DNA of 64,000 nucleotides from Candidatus Limnocylindria bacterium (GTDB lineage Bacteria; Chloroflexota; Limnocylindria; Limnocylindrales; CSP1-4). The notes under the pieces are model-generated. The model was given only the letters and a program-made list of their open reading frames with translations. It searched no databases and was not told the origin of the DNA. The stretch covers positions 4,917 to 68,916 of the forward strand of contig JBKHXL010000014.1 in assembly GCA_046566045.1 (NCBI GenBank), written 5' to 3'. Below, piece by piece: positions 1-8,403 of this stretch. Each line of letters opens with the position of its first letter. Within the stretch, counting starts at the first letter, position 1. Made by a program: the position numbers and the translations under genes.

Positions 1-357
1 AGCGGGGCCACCTGGCTGCTGCCGCGGATCGTCGGGTCCGCCCGGGCGGCCGAGCTGGCGCTCCTCGGCACGACCCTCGACGGACCGGCGGCCCTGGCCG
101 CCGGCCTGGTCAGCCGAGTCGTGCCGGACGAGGATCTCCCCGAGGTCGCGCACGAGCTGGCATCCGCGATGGCCGCGATGGCGCCCCTCGCCGTCGCCGC
201 CACGAAGCGGCTGCTGGTGGACGCCTGGGCGACCGACCTCGACGGCGCGCTCGCCGCGGAGCGAGCGGCGCAGGGCGCGCTCGGGGCCAGCCGGGATCAC
301 GCCGAGGGGCTGGCTGCCTTCCGCGAGAAGCGGCCCCCGCGGTTCGTCGGGGAGTAG
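1..357 (+). CDS. Enoyl-CoA hydratase/isomerase (crotonase family), 5'-truncated by the window edge
   Basis: Frame 1 is open from nt 1. The C-terminal motif reads ...LDGPAALAAGLVSRVVPDEDLPEVAHELASAMAAMAPLAVAATKRLL...EGLAAFREKRPPRF, which is typical of the crotonase C-terminus. Stop at 355-357. Confidence 0.75.
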   Translation, partial: SGATWLLPRIVGSARAAELALLGTTLDGPAALAAGLVSRVVPDEDLPEVAHELASAMAAMAPLAVAATKRLLVDAWATDLDGALAAERAAQGALGASRDHAEGLAAFREKRPPRFVGE

Positions 358-358
358 C

Positions 359-2167
359 TCAGGGGACGACGACCGTGGCCACGTCCGTGTGCGCCACCAG
401 CCGCTTGCCGGCCCAGGTGCCGAGCAGGATCTCGAGGCGGGCGTAGTACGTGCCGCCGGCCAGGCCCTCGAGCGTGGCCGTGGCGGCCGACGGCGAGTCC
501 GACGCCCAGACGGCCGACGCTCCCTCGAGGTAGCTCGGGGTCGTGTCGTCCTGCGCCAGGACGAGCTTGGCGAAGCTGAAGCACGCGGCCGGGCCACCGT
601 ACGGCAGCCAGTCGAGGACGACCGTGCCCGCCTCCTCGGTCCACTCGAGGGCGCCGAGCGCCTGCACGTCCTCGACCTCGGCCGTCGTCACGGCACTCGC
701 CGCGTAGGCCTGGTCGCCGCTCGTGAACGCGACGGCTCGCCAGGCGTACGTCGTCCCCGGCGCGAGGTCGACGTCGATGGCGCGCAGGATCGCCCGGTCG
801 GTGGCGTACAGCCCGTCCGGCGCGACGGCCGGGGCGACGGGCGGGTAGACCGGCGCGATCGAGCTCGAGGTCGAGCGCAGGCCCTGGTAGTGGTCGAAGC
901 CCTCCGCCGGGGCCTTCGTCCAGTCCAGCACGGCCGTCCCGCCCGGGCAGGCCGTGACGGTCAGGCCGAGGCTCGCGAGGGCGGGCGTCGGCGACGCCGT
1001 CGGCGCCGGTGTCGGGGCGGGGGTCGGCTTGGCGGTCGGGCGGGGCGTGGCCGTCGGCGACGCCGTCGGCGTGGCCGTCGGCGTGGGACTCGCGACCGGA
1101 TCGGTCGGCGGGGCGGGCGACGGATGGTCGGGCGTCGGCGCGAGCGACGGGGTGGCCGCCGGGCGAGGCGTCGCGGCCGGCGTCGCGGCGGGTGTGGGAT
1201 CGGGCTCGTCGAGGGCCGCCGTCAGGATCCCGAGGCCGAACCCCAGCACCCGGTCCCGCCGGCCGTTCCAACGCAGCCACGGGTCGTCGAGATCGGTCAC
1301 GGTCGCGTCGGCCAGCTCGCCGACCAGCGGCGCGCCACGGGAGAGCGTGACGAGCGCGACCTGGCCCTCCCGCATGAGGACGGCCAGGGCCGGCCCGTCG
1401 ATCGAGACGTCGTGTTCGATGCCGATCGCCCGAACGGTCTCGCCGCCCGTCGGGCCGGCGCGGCGGTCCAGGTCGAACGCCGTGCCGGTCGCGGTCCACG
1501 TGACGTCGGCGGTCCGCACCACGTAGCGCTCGACCGGCTCGGCCACCCGGTGCCAGGCACGTCCGGCACGCTGGTCGAGCTGCACCAGCCCACGGTCCAC
1601 GCCGTCGAGGCGGACGTCCGTGCCGCCGGCCAGGCGCGTCTCGCCGCCGGCCAGGGCCAGGGTCGCGGACCCGCGCGGGCCGGTCACGATACGGTCACCG
1701 GCGTGGAGCGTCACCCCCGCCGCCAGCGCGGACGCCGCGCCGTCGCGGACCAGGGTGGCATCGGTCGCGCCGATCACGCCGGCCTCGACCGGCCCCCCGT
1801 GGAGCCAGCGGCCGTCCAGGCCGAGCATGGCGACCACCACCACGGCCGCGAGTGCGGCGACCGACCAGCGCGGCAGGCCGACCGACAGGGGCGCACGGCG
1901 GACGACCCGCGGCCGGACGCGATCGAGCACGGGTGCCGCGCCGCTGCCGGGCGTCGTCGCGGGCATGGCGGCGAGCGCGCCACCGCTCGCGGGCGCCGCC
2001 CCGACGAGGCGGCTGCGCAGGTCCGCGGCGAACGTCGGCGAGGGCTGCGTGTCGCTCGCCCGAGCCCGGGCCCGGGCGCCGGCAGCCGCGAGGGCCGCCG
2101 CGAGGTCGGCGACGCCCGGCTCCAGGTCGTCGGGGAAGGGCACGATGCGCTCGTCGTCAGGCCACAT
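359..2167 (-). CDS. Anti-sigma factor: single TM helix, Pro/Thr-rich linker and two FN3/Ig-like extracytoplasmic domains
   Basis: ATG at 2167-2165 overlaps the stop of the upstream ECF sigma gene (ATGTGGCCTGA). It has a cytoplasmic N-terminus and a TM segment (WSVAALAAVVVVAMLGL). A PT-rich low-complexity stretch lies at about nt 1009-1234. The C-terminal domains (TVTACPGG...LDW...FDHYQGLRS...APGTTYAWRAVAF) are paralogous to the product of 2860..3975. The 690-aa ORF-track N-terminal extension is rejected. Confidence 0.7.
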   Translation of the reverse strand: MWPDDERIVPFPDDLEPGVADLAAALAAAGARARARASDTQPSPTFAADLRSRLVGAAPASGGALAAMPATTPGSGAAPVLDRVRPRVVRRAPLSVGLPRWSVAALAAVVVVAMLGLDGRWLHGGPVEAGVIGATDATLVRDGAASALAAGVTLHAGDRIVTGPRGSATLALAGGETRLAGGTDVRLDGVDRGLVQLDQRAGRAWHRVAEPVERYVVRTADVTWTATGTAFDLDRRAGPTGGETVRAIGIEHDVSIDGPALAVLMREGQVALVTLSRGAPLVGELADATVTDLDDPWLRWNGRRDRVLGFGLGILTAALDEPDPTPAATPAATPRPAATPSLAPTPDHPSPAPPTDPVASPTPTATPTASPTATPRPTAKPTPAPTPAPTASPTPALASLGLTVTACPGGTAVLDWTKAPAEGFDHYQGLRSTSSSIAPVYPPVAPAVAPDGLYATDRAILRAIDVDLAPGTTYAWRAVAFTSGDQAYAASAVTTAEVEDVQALGALEWTEEAGTVVLDWLPYGGPAACFSFAKLVLAQDDTTPSYLEGASAVWASDSPSAATATLEGLAGGTYYARLEILLGTWAGKRLVAHTDVATVVVP

Positions 2168-2765
2168 CGGTCGCCTCCCGTTCGATGATGGCGCGGAGCG
2201 CTCGCAGGGCCCGGTGATGACGCACGGCAAGGGTCGCCGGGCTGCACCCCAGGACGGTGCACTGTTCGTCGGTGGTGAGGCCGTCGAGATAGCGCAGGAC
2301 GAGGACCCGCCGCTGCGGTTCGGGCAGGGCAGCGAGGGCCCGAGCCAGCTCGTCGCGGTCGAGGGCGGTCGCCAGCGCGCGCGCCGCGCGTTCGTCGCCG
2401 ATGGTCGTCTCCGGCCCGTCGTCCGGCCCACCGTCGGTGGCGCGCCGCCCGAGCGGGATGGTCCGTCGGCTGCGCCTGACGTGGTCGATCACGGCATGAC
2501 CGGCGACGCGGTACAGCCAGCCCCCGAACGATTCGTTGCGGAAGTCCTCCCGGCGGACGGCCGACAGGGCGCGCTCGAAGGTCACGGCCGTGAGGTCCTC
2601 GGCGGTCGCGCGGTCGCCGACGCGACGGGCGATGTAGCCGTGGATGCGGGGCAGGTAGAAGTCGTACAGCTCCCCGAACGCGGACGCATCGACCCGGGCG
2701 CGGGCCACGAGGGCTCGCTCCCGGGTCGCGTCCAGGCGATGATCGGAGCTCGCATCACGGGACAT
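2157..2765 (-). CDS. ECF (sigma-70 family, group IV) RNA polymerase sigma factor
   Basis: 202 aa with sigma-70 regions 2 and 4 (FGELYDFYLPRIHGYIARRV ... LPEPQRRVLVLRYLDGLTTDEQCTVLGCSPATLAVRHHRA). Its stop overlaps the anti-sigma start. Confidence 0.9.
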   Translation of the reverse strand: MSRDASSDHRLDATRERALVARARVDASAFGELYDFYLPRIHGYIARRVGDRATAEDLTAVTFERALSAVRREDFRNESFGGWLYRVAGHAVIDHVRRSRRTIPLGRRATDGGPDDGPETTIGDERAARALATALDRDELARALAALPEPQRRVLVLRYLDGLTTDEQCTVLGCSPATLAVRHHRALRALRAIIEREATDVA

Positions 2766-2859
2766 GGAGGGCCCGATCGTGCGGGTGGCGGCCCGGCCCG
2801 GCCATCGGCCAGCAGTACCGCCTCCCGCCCATCGCGCGTGGGACCCTACGTCGCGTCCG

Positions 2860-3975
2860 CTACTCGACCGTGACGCCGGTCCAGGACGTGGTCCCGAGCA
2901 GGACCCACGAGCCGGACACCTGGCCCTTGGCCTCGACGAGGTAGTGGTAGGTCACCCCGACCTCCACGTCGTCGTCCACGAAGGCCGTCGTCCCGGCGTC
3001 CTCGATCTCGGCGCGCAGGCTGGCCGAACCGTCCACCTTGCGCAGGATCCGGTAGTGGCTGAAGCCCTCGCTGCCGAACGGCTCCCAGGCGACGGTCACG
3101 ACGCCGGCCTCGGAGCCCGCCTCGATCCACATGGCGTACGGCGTGGGCGCCGGCGTCTTCGTCGGCGCGGGCTCGTCCGGCGCCTCGAGCGACTTCGTGG
3201 CGGTCGCCGCCAGGACCTTGTAGCCGTCGTCCGTGCCGCGCACGCAGAACACGCGATACCAGGCGGTCGTGCCGGCGGGGGCGTGCTCGTCCCAGGCCTT
3301 GGTCGCCCCGCCCACCTCGGTCACGGCCACGACCTCGTCGCCGCCGCCGGTCGGCCACGACACGGTCTTGTCCGTCGAGCGCACGACCTTGTAGTAGTCG
3401 CCGCCGTCCGCCGGGCAACCGCTCCAGTCGATGAACACGGCGCCTTCCTTGTTGGCGAGGGTCAGGCTCATGACCGGCTTCTCGGTCGGCTTGGCGGTGG
3501 GCTTGGGGGTGGCGTCCGGCTTCTCGGTCGGCTTGGCGGTCGGCTTGGGGGTGGCGTCCGGCTTCTCGGTCGGCGTGGCGGTCGGCTTGGGCGTCGCGTC
3601 CGGCTCCTCGTCCGTCTCTGCCGGCTTCGCGGTGGGCGCGGTGGTGGGCGTCTTGGTCGGATCGGCAACCGAGGTCGGCTCGGCCTTCGCCGTCTCGTCT
3701 GCCACGTCGCTGGCGTCCGGCGCTTCGAAAGCGACGAAGGTCGGTGTCGGCTCGGCGTCGCCCTGGCTGCCGGCGAGGCCAAGATTCGCCCCGAGGGCGA
3801 TCGCGCCCATGAGCAGCGCGCCACCGATGGCGCCCGGCACGGACAGCCCAAGGCGTGGCGCCGGTCGCGGCGCGCGCGGCCGCGGGCCCGTCCGCTCGGT
3901 CAGCGGCTGCGTCCAATCGAAGCCATCGGCGCCCGCGCCGTCGAGCTCGTCCATGTCGTCCGGTTCGTATCCCAT
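2860..3975 (-). CDS. Membrane-anchored protein with a Pro/Thr/Lys-rich tandem-repeat linker and two FN3-like domains; paralog of the anti-sigma sensor domain
   Basis: TM helix (LGLSVPGAIGGALLMGAIALGANLGLAG). A 14-aa repeat (ATPKPTAKPTEKPD) occurs three times. The two C-terminal domains show the same W/C/Y pattern as the anti-sigma C-terminus. It sits 94 bp upstream of the sigma gene on the same strand. Confidence 0.75.
   Translation of the reverse strand: MGYEPDDMDELDGAGADGFDWTQPLTERTGPRPRAPRPAPRLGLSVPGAIGGALLMGAIALGANLGLAGSQGDAEPTPTFVAFEAPDASDVADETAKAEPTSVADPTKTPTTAPTAKPAETDEEPDATPKPTATPTEKPDATPKPTAKPTEKPDATPKPTAKPTEKPVMSLTLANKEGAVFIDWSGCPADGGDYYKVVRSTDKTVSWPTGGGDEVVAVTEVGGATKAWDEHAPAGTTAWYRVFCVRGTDDGYKVLAATATKSLEAPDEPAPTKTPAPTPYAMWIEAGSEAGVVTVAWEPFGSEGFSHYRILRKVDGSASLRAEIEDAGTTAFVDDDVEVGVTYHYLVEAKGQVSGSWVLLGTTSWTGVTVE
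3480..3615 (-). repeat. Three tandem copies of a ~42-bp in-frame repeat encoding (A/E)TPKPT(A/T)(K/T)PTEKPD
   Basis: The DNA shows ctcggtcggcttggcggt(g/c)ggcttggg(g/c)gtggcgtccggctt three times. Its translation on the minus strand is the repeated linker. Confidence 0.8.
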
Positions 3976-4205
3976 GGTCAGTCCCTCCCGAGACCTGTGT
4001 GTCGGCCGCCGGATGGATGACGGTGGCGGCCGGATGATTCCGACCCCTCCACAACGTCCGAGGGCGCGGATCCCTTACCGCGGCGCGACCATCCGATGGT
4101 CCGGGCTACACGCTGGGACCCCCGGCCCATCCACGGGAGCAGACCGGGCGAAGGGGAGACATCAGCCCTTCCGAACGACGGCCACCTGCCAGGAGACGCA
4201 CGACC

Positions 4206-5063
4206 ATGACGTCCATCGCCGCCGACGCCGGTGAACGCGAGCCCGCCCCCGGGCCCGGCTCCATCCCAGCCGACAAGAGCCGCTCCCTCCGCCGATGGAA
4301 CCGCTTCCTGACCCTGGCCCATGGCCTGCAGTTCGTGGCCATGATCGCGATCTCCCGGACCACGGCCGTGTTCGAGCCGACCGTCCCGACCGTCCGTCCG
4401 ATCATCGAGGACGGGCAGTTCACCGGGGTCGAGCCGTCGAGCGTCATGCTCTTCTCCATCCCGCTCGCGTACGTCATCGCCTCGTTCTTCTTGATGAGCG
4501 CGATCGCCCACGCCTCCGCCGGGTGGTTCCTGCGCAGCAGGTACGAGGCCTGGCTGGCTCGCGGCATGAATCCCCTGCGCTGGGTCGAGTACGCGTTCTC
4601 TTCCACCGTGATGATCGTGGCCATCGCCTACATCAGCTACATCACGGACTTCCCCGCGCTCATCGCCATCGCGGGCGCCAACGTCGCGATGAACCTGTTC
4701 GGATGGAGCATGGAAGCGGCCAACGAGGGTCGTCTGGAGGCCGGCCAGCGCATCGATTGGAAGCACTTCATCTTCGGGTGCATCGCCGGGATCGCGCCGT
4801 GGATCGGGATCTTCTCCATCATCTGGGCGTACTCCGCCCAGGAGGGCCTGCCCGCCGACGCGGGGATCCCGGCGTTCGTGTACGTGATCATCGCCAGCCT
4901 GTTCGTCGCCTTCAACGTCTTCGCGATCACGATGGTGCTGCAGTACCGCCGGGTCGGCCGCTGGCGCGAGTACCTCTACGGTGAGAAGACCTACATGGTC
5001 CTGAGCCTGGTCGCGAAGTCGCTCCTCGCCTGGCAGGTCTGGTCGGGCACGCTGCGGCCGTAG
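4206..5063 (+). CDS. Heliorhodopsin (microbial rhodopsin with inverted topology)
   Basis: 285 aa with 7 TM helices. It is strongly similar to characterised heliorhodopsin 48C12 across TM3 (RWVEYAFSSTVMIVAIAY, conserved Glu counterion), TM6 (FGCIAGIAPWIGIF) and TM7, where the retinal Schiff-base Lys lies in YMVLSLVAKSLLAWQVWSGTLRP. ATG at 4206. Confidence 0.85.
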   Translation: MTSIAADAGEREPAPGPGSIPADKSRSLRRWNRFLTLAHGLQFVAMIAISRTTAVFEPTVPTVRPIIEDGQFTGVEPSSVMLFSIPLAYVIASFFLMSAIAHASAGWFLRSRYEAWLARGMNPLRWVEYAFSSTVMIVAIAYISYITDFPALIAIAGANVAMNLFGWSMEAANEGRLEAGQRIDWKHFIFGCIAGIAPWIGIFSIIWAYSAQEGLPADAGIPAFVYVIIASLFVAFNVFAITMVLQYRRVGRWREYLYGEKTYMVLSLVAKSLLAWQVWSGTLRP

Positions 5064-5224
5064 GCTCCTGCCGGACGCGACGCCTGTCCTGCCACGCCTC
5101 GCTGCGCCGCGGTCGCGAGCCGTTGACCCTTGCCCTCGGCGGCGCGACGGAGTAGCCTCCCGTCCCAACGAGCGAACGTTCGTTAGGGTGCTGGACAGCA
5201 CGGCCCGGGGAGGATCAATCGAGC

Positions 5225-5824
5225 GTGGTCGAGACCGCCCGCCGGCGCGAGATCGAGGACGCTGCGAGCGTCCTGTTCCGGGAGCGCGGCTATGCCGCGA
5301 CGAGCGTCCGTGACATCGCGCGCGCCCTCGACATCCAGGGCGCCAGCCTGTACGCCCACGTGACCTCCAAGCAGGAAGTGCTGTGGTCGATCGTGGACGG
5401 CACGGCGACGCGCTTCGAGGCGGCCGCGCAGCACGCCCTGGCCCAGCACGCCGAGCCCAGAGACCGACTGGCCGCGCTCGTGCGCGGGCACGTGGCGGTG
5501 CTGCTCGACGACATCGGCCGCGCCAGCGTCTTCATCCACGACTGGCGATCGCTCGACGCCGAGCGCCGCGCGACCATCCTGCGCCGCCGGGACGCCTACG
5601 AGCGGCACGTCCGCGAGGTCATCGAGGCGGGCGTGGCGGCGGGGCGATTCGAGGTCGCGGACCCTGGCGTCGCGGCCGCGTTCATCCTGACCGCGCTCAA
5701 CGGCATCGTGGTGTGGTACCGCCCCGACGGCCGGCTCGACGCCGCCGGGCTCCAGGACGTCTTCGCCGACCTGGCGCTGCGGGCCGTGGGGGCCGGGCGC
5801 GACGATCGACCGGGCGCGGCATGA
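5225..5824 (+). CDS. TetR/AcrR family transcriptional regulator, likely a PaaR-type regulator of the downstream paa operon
   Basis: N-terminal TetR HTH (ASVLFRERGYAATSVRDIARALDIQGASLYAHV). GTG start with GGGAGGA about 10 nt upstream. Its stop overlaps the paaA start (ATGA). Confidence 0.8.
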   Translation: MVETARRREIEDAASVLFRERGYAATSVRDIARALDIQGASLYAHVTSKQEVLWSIVDGTATRFEAAAQHALAQHAEPRDRLAALVRGHVAVLLDDIGRASVFIHDWRSLDAERRATILRRRDAYERHVREVIEAGVAAGRFEVADPGVAAAFILTALNGIVVWYRPDGRLDAAGLQDVFADLALRAVGAGRDDRPGAA

Positions 5825-6822
5825 CCGATCCGCTTGCCCTCGATCCCATCCTCGCCCCGGCCGAGCGGGTCGGCGCCGGGGCGCCCGCGCCGGCGCGCGC
5901 CGACGGCGAGGCCGAGGCGGCCTGGTCCGACCGCTTCGAGGCGCACGTCATGAGCGGCGGGAAGGTGGAAGCCACCGACGCCATGCCCGACGCCTATCGC
6001 TCGGCGGTCCTGCGCTTCGTCGAGATGCACGCCAACTCCGAGCTGATGGGCGTCCTGCCCGAGCGAGAGTGGCTCATGCGCGCGCCGACCCTGCGCCGCA
6101 AGCTGGCCCTCACGGCCAAGGTCCAGGACGAGGTCGGCCACGCCCAGCTGCTGTACCGGGTGGCCGAGGACCTCGGCAAGCCGCGCGAGGCGATGTTCGA
6201 CGACCTGCTCGCCGGCCGGACCAAGTTCCACAACGTGTTCCACTACCCGACCCGGACCTGGGCGGACGTCGGGATCATCGCCTGGCTGGTGGACGCGGCG
6301 GCGATCGTCGCCCAGCAGGCCCTGCGCGACAGCAGCTACGCGCCGTACGCCCGGACCATGCAGAAGATCTGCTGGGAGGAATCGGTCCACATCATGCACG
6401 GCCGCGACATCGTGGTGACCCTGGCGACGGGCACCGCGCGACAGCGCGCCGACGTGCAGGACGCGCTCGAGCGGTGGTGGGGCCCCCTGATGCAGATGCA
6501 CGGCCCGCGCTCGCCCCGCGAACGGGACACGGACCTGCGCTGGCGGATCAAGGCGAAGACGTCCGAGGAACTCCGCCAGGAGTTCCTGACCATCTACGTG
6601 CCGCGCATCCGCGAGCTGGGCCTGGTCATCCCCGACGGCGAGCTCGCGCTCGACGAGGCGACCGGGACGTGGCGCTACCGAGAGCCGGACTGGAACGAGC
6701 TGCGCGCCGTGGTCACGAACCGCGGCCCGATGTCCGAGTCTCGCCTCGCCTTCCGACGCCTGGCCCGGGAGGAGTCCGCGTGGGTCCGGGCGGCGCTGCT
6801 CGGCGCGTCGGTCGCGGCATGA
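5821..6822 (+). CDS. paaA: 1,2-phenylacetyl-CoA epoxidase subunit A
   Basis: Ferritin-like di-iron oxygenase fold. Motifs FVEMHANSELMG, QDEVGHAQLLY and WEESVHIMHGRD are present. ATG at 5821 overlaps the TetR stop. Confidence 0.9.
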   Translation: MTDPLALDPILAPAERVGAGAPAPARADGEAEAAWSDRFEAHVMSGGKVEATDAMPDAYRSAVLRFVEMHANSELMGVLPEREWLMRAPTLRRKLALTAKVQDEVGHAQLLYRVAEDLGKPREAMFDDLLAGRTKFHNVFHYPTRTWADVGIIAWLVDAAAIVAQQALRDSSYAPYARTMQKICWEESVHIMHGRDIVVTLATGTARQRADVQDALERWWGPLMQMHGPRSPRERDTDLRWRIKAKTSEELRQEFLTIYVPRIRELGLVIPDGELALDEATGTWRYREPDWNELRAVVTNRGPMSESRLAFRRLAREESAWVRAALLGASVAA

Positions 6823-7154
6823 CCGAGCCGATCGTCCCCGGACCGAGGCTGGAGCCGTGGGAGGTCTTCCGGCGCGAGAAGGAGGGCGACGCGATGCGCC
6901 ACGGGGGGAGCGTCATGGCGCCGGATGCCGAGCTCGCCCTGCACTACGCCCGCGAACTGTTCGGTCGACGTCAGGAGAGCGTCCGGCTGTGGGTCGTCCG
7001 CCGGGCGGACATCCTGGACCTCGACGACCCGGACCTGCTCCAGCCGCCGCTCGACCGGTCGTTCAAGAAGCCCGGCGGGTACGTCATGCGCGACAAGCTC
7101 GCCGCGGCGCGGTCGCAGGCCGGCCAGGCCAGGCCGCGCCCTCGCCCGCGATGA
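6819..7154 (+). CDS. paaB: 1,2-phenylacetyl-CoA epoxidase subunit B
   Basis: 111 aa with the typical PaaB size and sequence (EPWEVFRREKEGDAMRHGGSVMAPDAELALHYARELF). ATGA overlap with paaA. Confidence 0.85.
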   Translation: MTEPIVPGPRLEPWEVFRREKEGDAMRHGGSVMAPDAELALHYARELFGRRQESVRLWVVRRADILDLDDPDLLQPPLDRSFKKPGGYVMRDKLAAARSQAGQARPRPRPR

Positions 7155-7930
7155 CCGCCGCCGTCCCGACGGCGCTCGCACCCGCGCTTGTCGCGCCGGT
7201 CGCGGAGCTGCTCCTGGCCATGGCCGACGACGAGGCGATCCTCGGCTGGACCGACTCCGAGTGGACCGGCATCGCGCCGCTGCTCGAGGAGGACGTGGCC
7301 ATGAGCTCGCTGTCGCAGGACGAGCTGGGGCACGCCGCCGCGCTGTACGACCTGCTCGCCGGGCTCATCGGCGGTGACCGCGACGCGCTGGCCTACGACC
7401 GGGCTCCGGCCGACTACCGCCACGCTCGGCTGCTCGACCACGGCCGAGGTGACTGGGCCATGACCATCGCGCGGCGCTTCCTGTACGAGTCGGCGGACGC
7501 CGTCCGGCTCGAGGCGCTGGTCGCGGGGAGCTGGGCGCCACTGGCCGAGCTCGCGCGCGCGATCGCCCGCGAGGAGCGCTATCACCGGATGCACGTCGAC
7601 ACGTGGTTCGAGCGCCTCGCACGAGCGGAGGGCGAGCCGCGCGAACGGCTCCTGGCCGCGCTCGCGATCCTGGCCCCGGATGCGGCCACGGTGTTGGCGC
7701 CGCTCGATGGGGAGGCGGCCCTCGTCTCGGCGGGCATCCTGGCCGCCCCGCTGGGCGAGCTCGAGGCGCGCTGGCGCGCCCTCGTCGAGCCCGTGCTGCG
7801 CCGGCTGGACCTGCCCGTGCCGGCCGCCCGTGCCGCGGCGCGCGGTCGGACCGAGCACGGCCCCGCCTTCCTCGCGCTGCATGACGCGTTCACCAGCGTC
7901 CGGCATGCCGACCCTGGGGCGACGTGGTGA
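7151..7930 (+). CDS. paaC: 1,2-phenylacetyl-CoA epoxidase subunit C
   Basis: 259 aa, ferritin-like, PaaC-type (DDEAILGWTDSEWTGIAPLLEEDVAMSSLSQDELGHAAALYDLL). ATGA overlap with paaB. Confidence 0.85.
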   Translation: MTAAVPTALAPALVAPVAELLLAMADDEAILGWTDSEWTGIAPLLEEDVAMSSLSQDELGHAAALYDLLAGLIGGDRDALAYDRAPADYRHARLLDHGRGDWAMTIARRFLYESADAVRLEALVAGSWAPLAELARAIAREERYHRMHVDTWFERLARAEGEPRERLLAALAILAPDAATVLAPLDGEAALVSAGILAAPLGELEARWRALVEPVLRRLDLPVPAARAAARGRTEHGPAFLALHDAFTSVRHADPGATW

Positions 7931-8403
7931 CGGCCGCGAGCGGCGTCGCGCCGGCGACCGAGGCGGACGTCCGGGCGATCCTCGCCGGTGTCATGGATCC
8001 CGAGCTGCCGGTCGTGTCGATCGCTGACCTCGGCATGGTCGGGCTGGTCGTGGTCACGCCCGCGGCGATCCAGGTCGACGTGCTGCCGACCTTCCTCGGC
8101 TGCCCGGCCATCGAGGTCATCCTCGACGCGGTCCGGACGTCGCTGGCGCCGCTCGACGTGCCGGTCGTCGCCCGGGTCAGTCACGCGACCCCGTGGACCT
8201 CGGATCGGATCAGCGAGGCGGGGCGGCACGCCCTCGCCTCGGCCGGCATCGCTCCACCGACCGACGCGCCGGATCCGGCCTGCCCCTGGTGCGACTCGGA
8301 CCGGACGGTCCGGGACAGCGCCTTCGGTCCGACCCAGTGCCGCTCGCTCCATTACTGCCGCGCCTGCCGCCAGCCGTTCGAAGCGTTCCGAACGCTGCGA
8401 TGA
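7924..8403 (+). CDS. paaD: Phenylacetate-CoA oxygenase subunit PaaD
   Basis: 159 aa. N-terminal MIP18/SUF-like domain ([24 protein letters not shown]) and C-terminal Cys cluster (CPWC...CRAC). GTGGTGA overlap with the paaC stop. Confidence 0.8.
   Translation: MVTAASGVAPATEADVRAILAGVMDPELPVVSIADLGMVGLVVVTPAAIQVDVLPTFLGCPAIEVILDAVRTSLAPLDVPVVARVSHATPWTSDRISEAGRHALASAGIAPPTDAPDPACPWCDSDRTVRDSAFGPTQCRSLHYCRACRQPFEAFRTLR

Noticed and set aside
389-2188. 599-aa plus-strand ORF, with nested ORFs at 954..1526 and 1009..1350, opposite the anti-sigma gene
   Set aside because: Extremely Arg/Gly/Pro-rich with no domain. It is the antisense shadow typical of about 72% GC DNA. The minus-strand frame has recognisable sigma and anti-sigma content.
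3480-3615. Possible CRISPR array, suggested by regularly spaced direct repeats (also at 39157-39205 and 51690-51735)
   Set aside because: The repeats are contiguous and in frame, encode peptide linkers, lack unique spacers of CRISPR length, and have no cas genes nearby.
3978-5201. 407-aa minus-strand ORF overlapping the heliorhodopsin gene
   Set aside because: Arg/Gly/Asp-rich low-complexity translation antisense to a gene with a clear 7-TM rhodopsin sequence. A shadow ORF.
5383-5820. N-terminal 146-aa extension of the paaA ORF in the track
   Set aside because: Arg-rich and overlapping the TetR gene. The ATG at 5821 gives a full-length PaaA and an ATGA coupling with the TetR stop.
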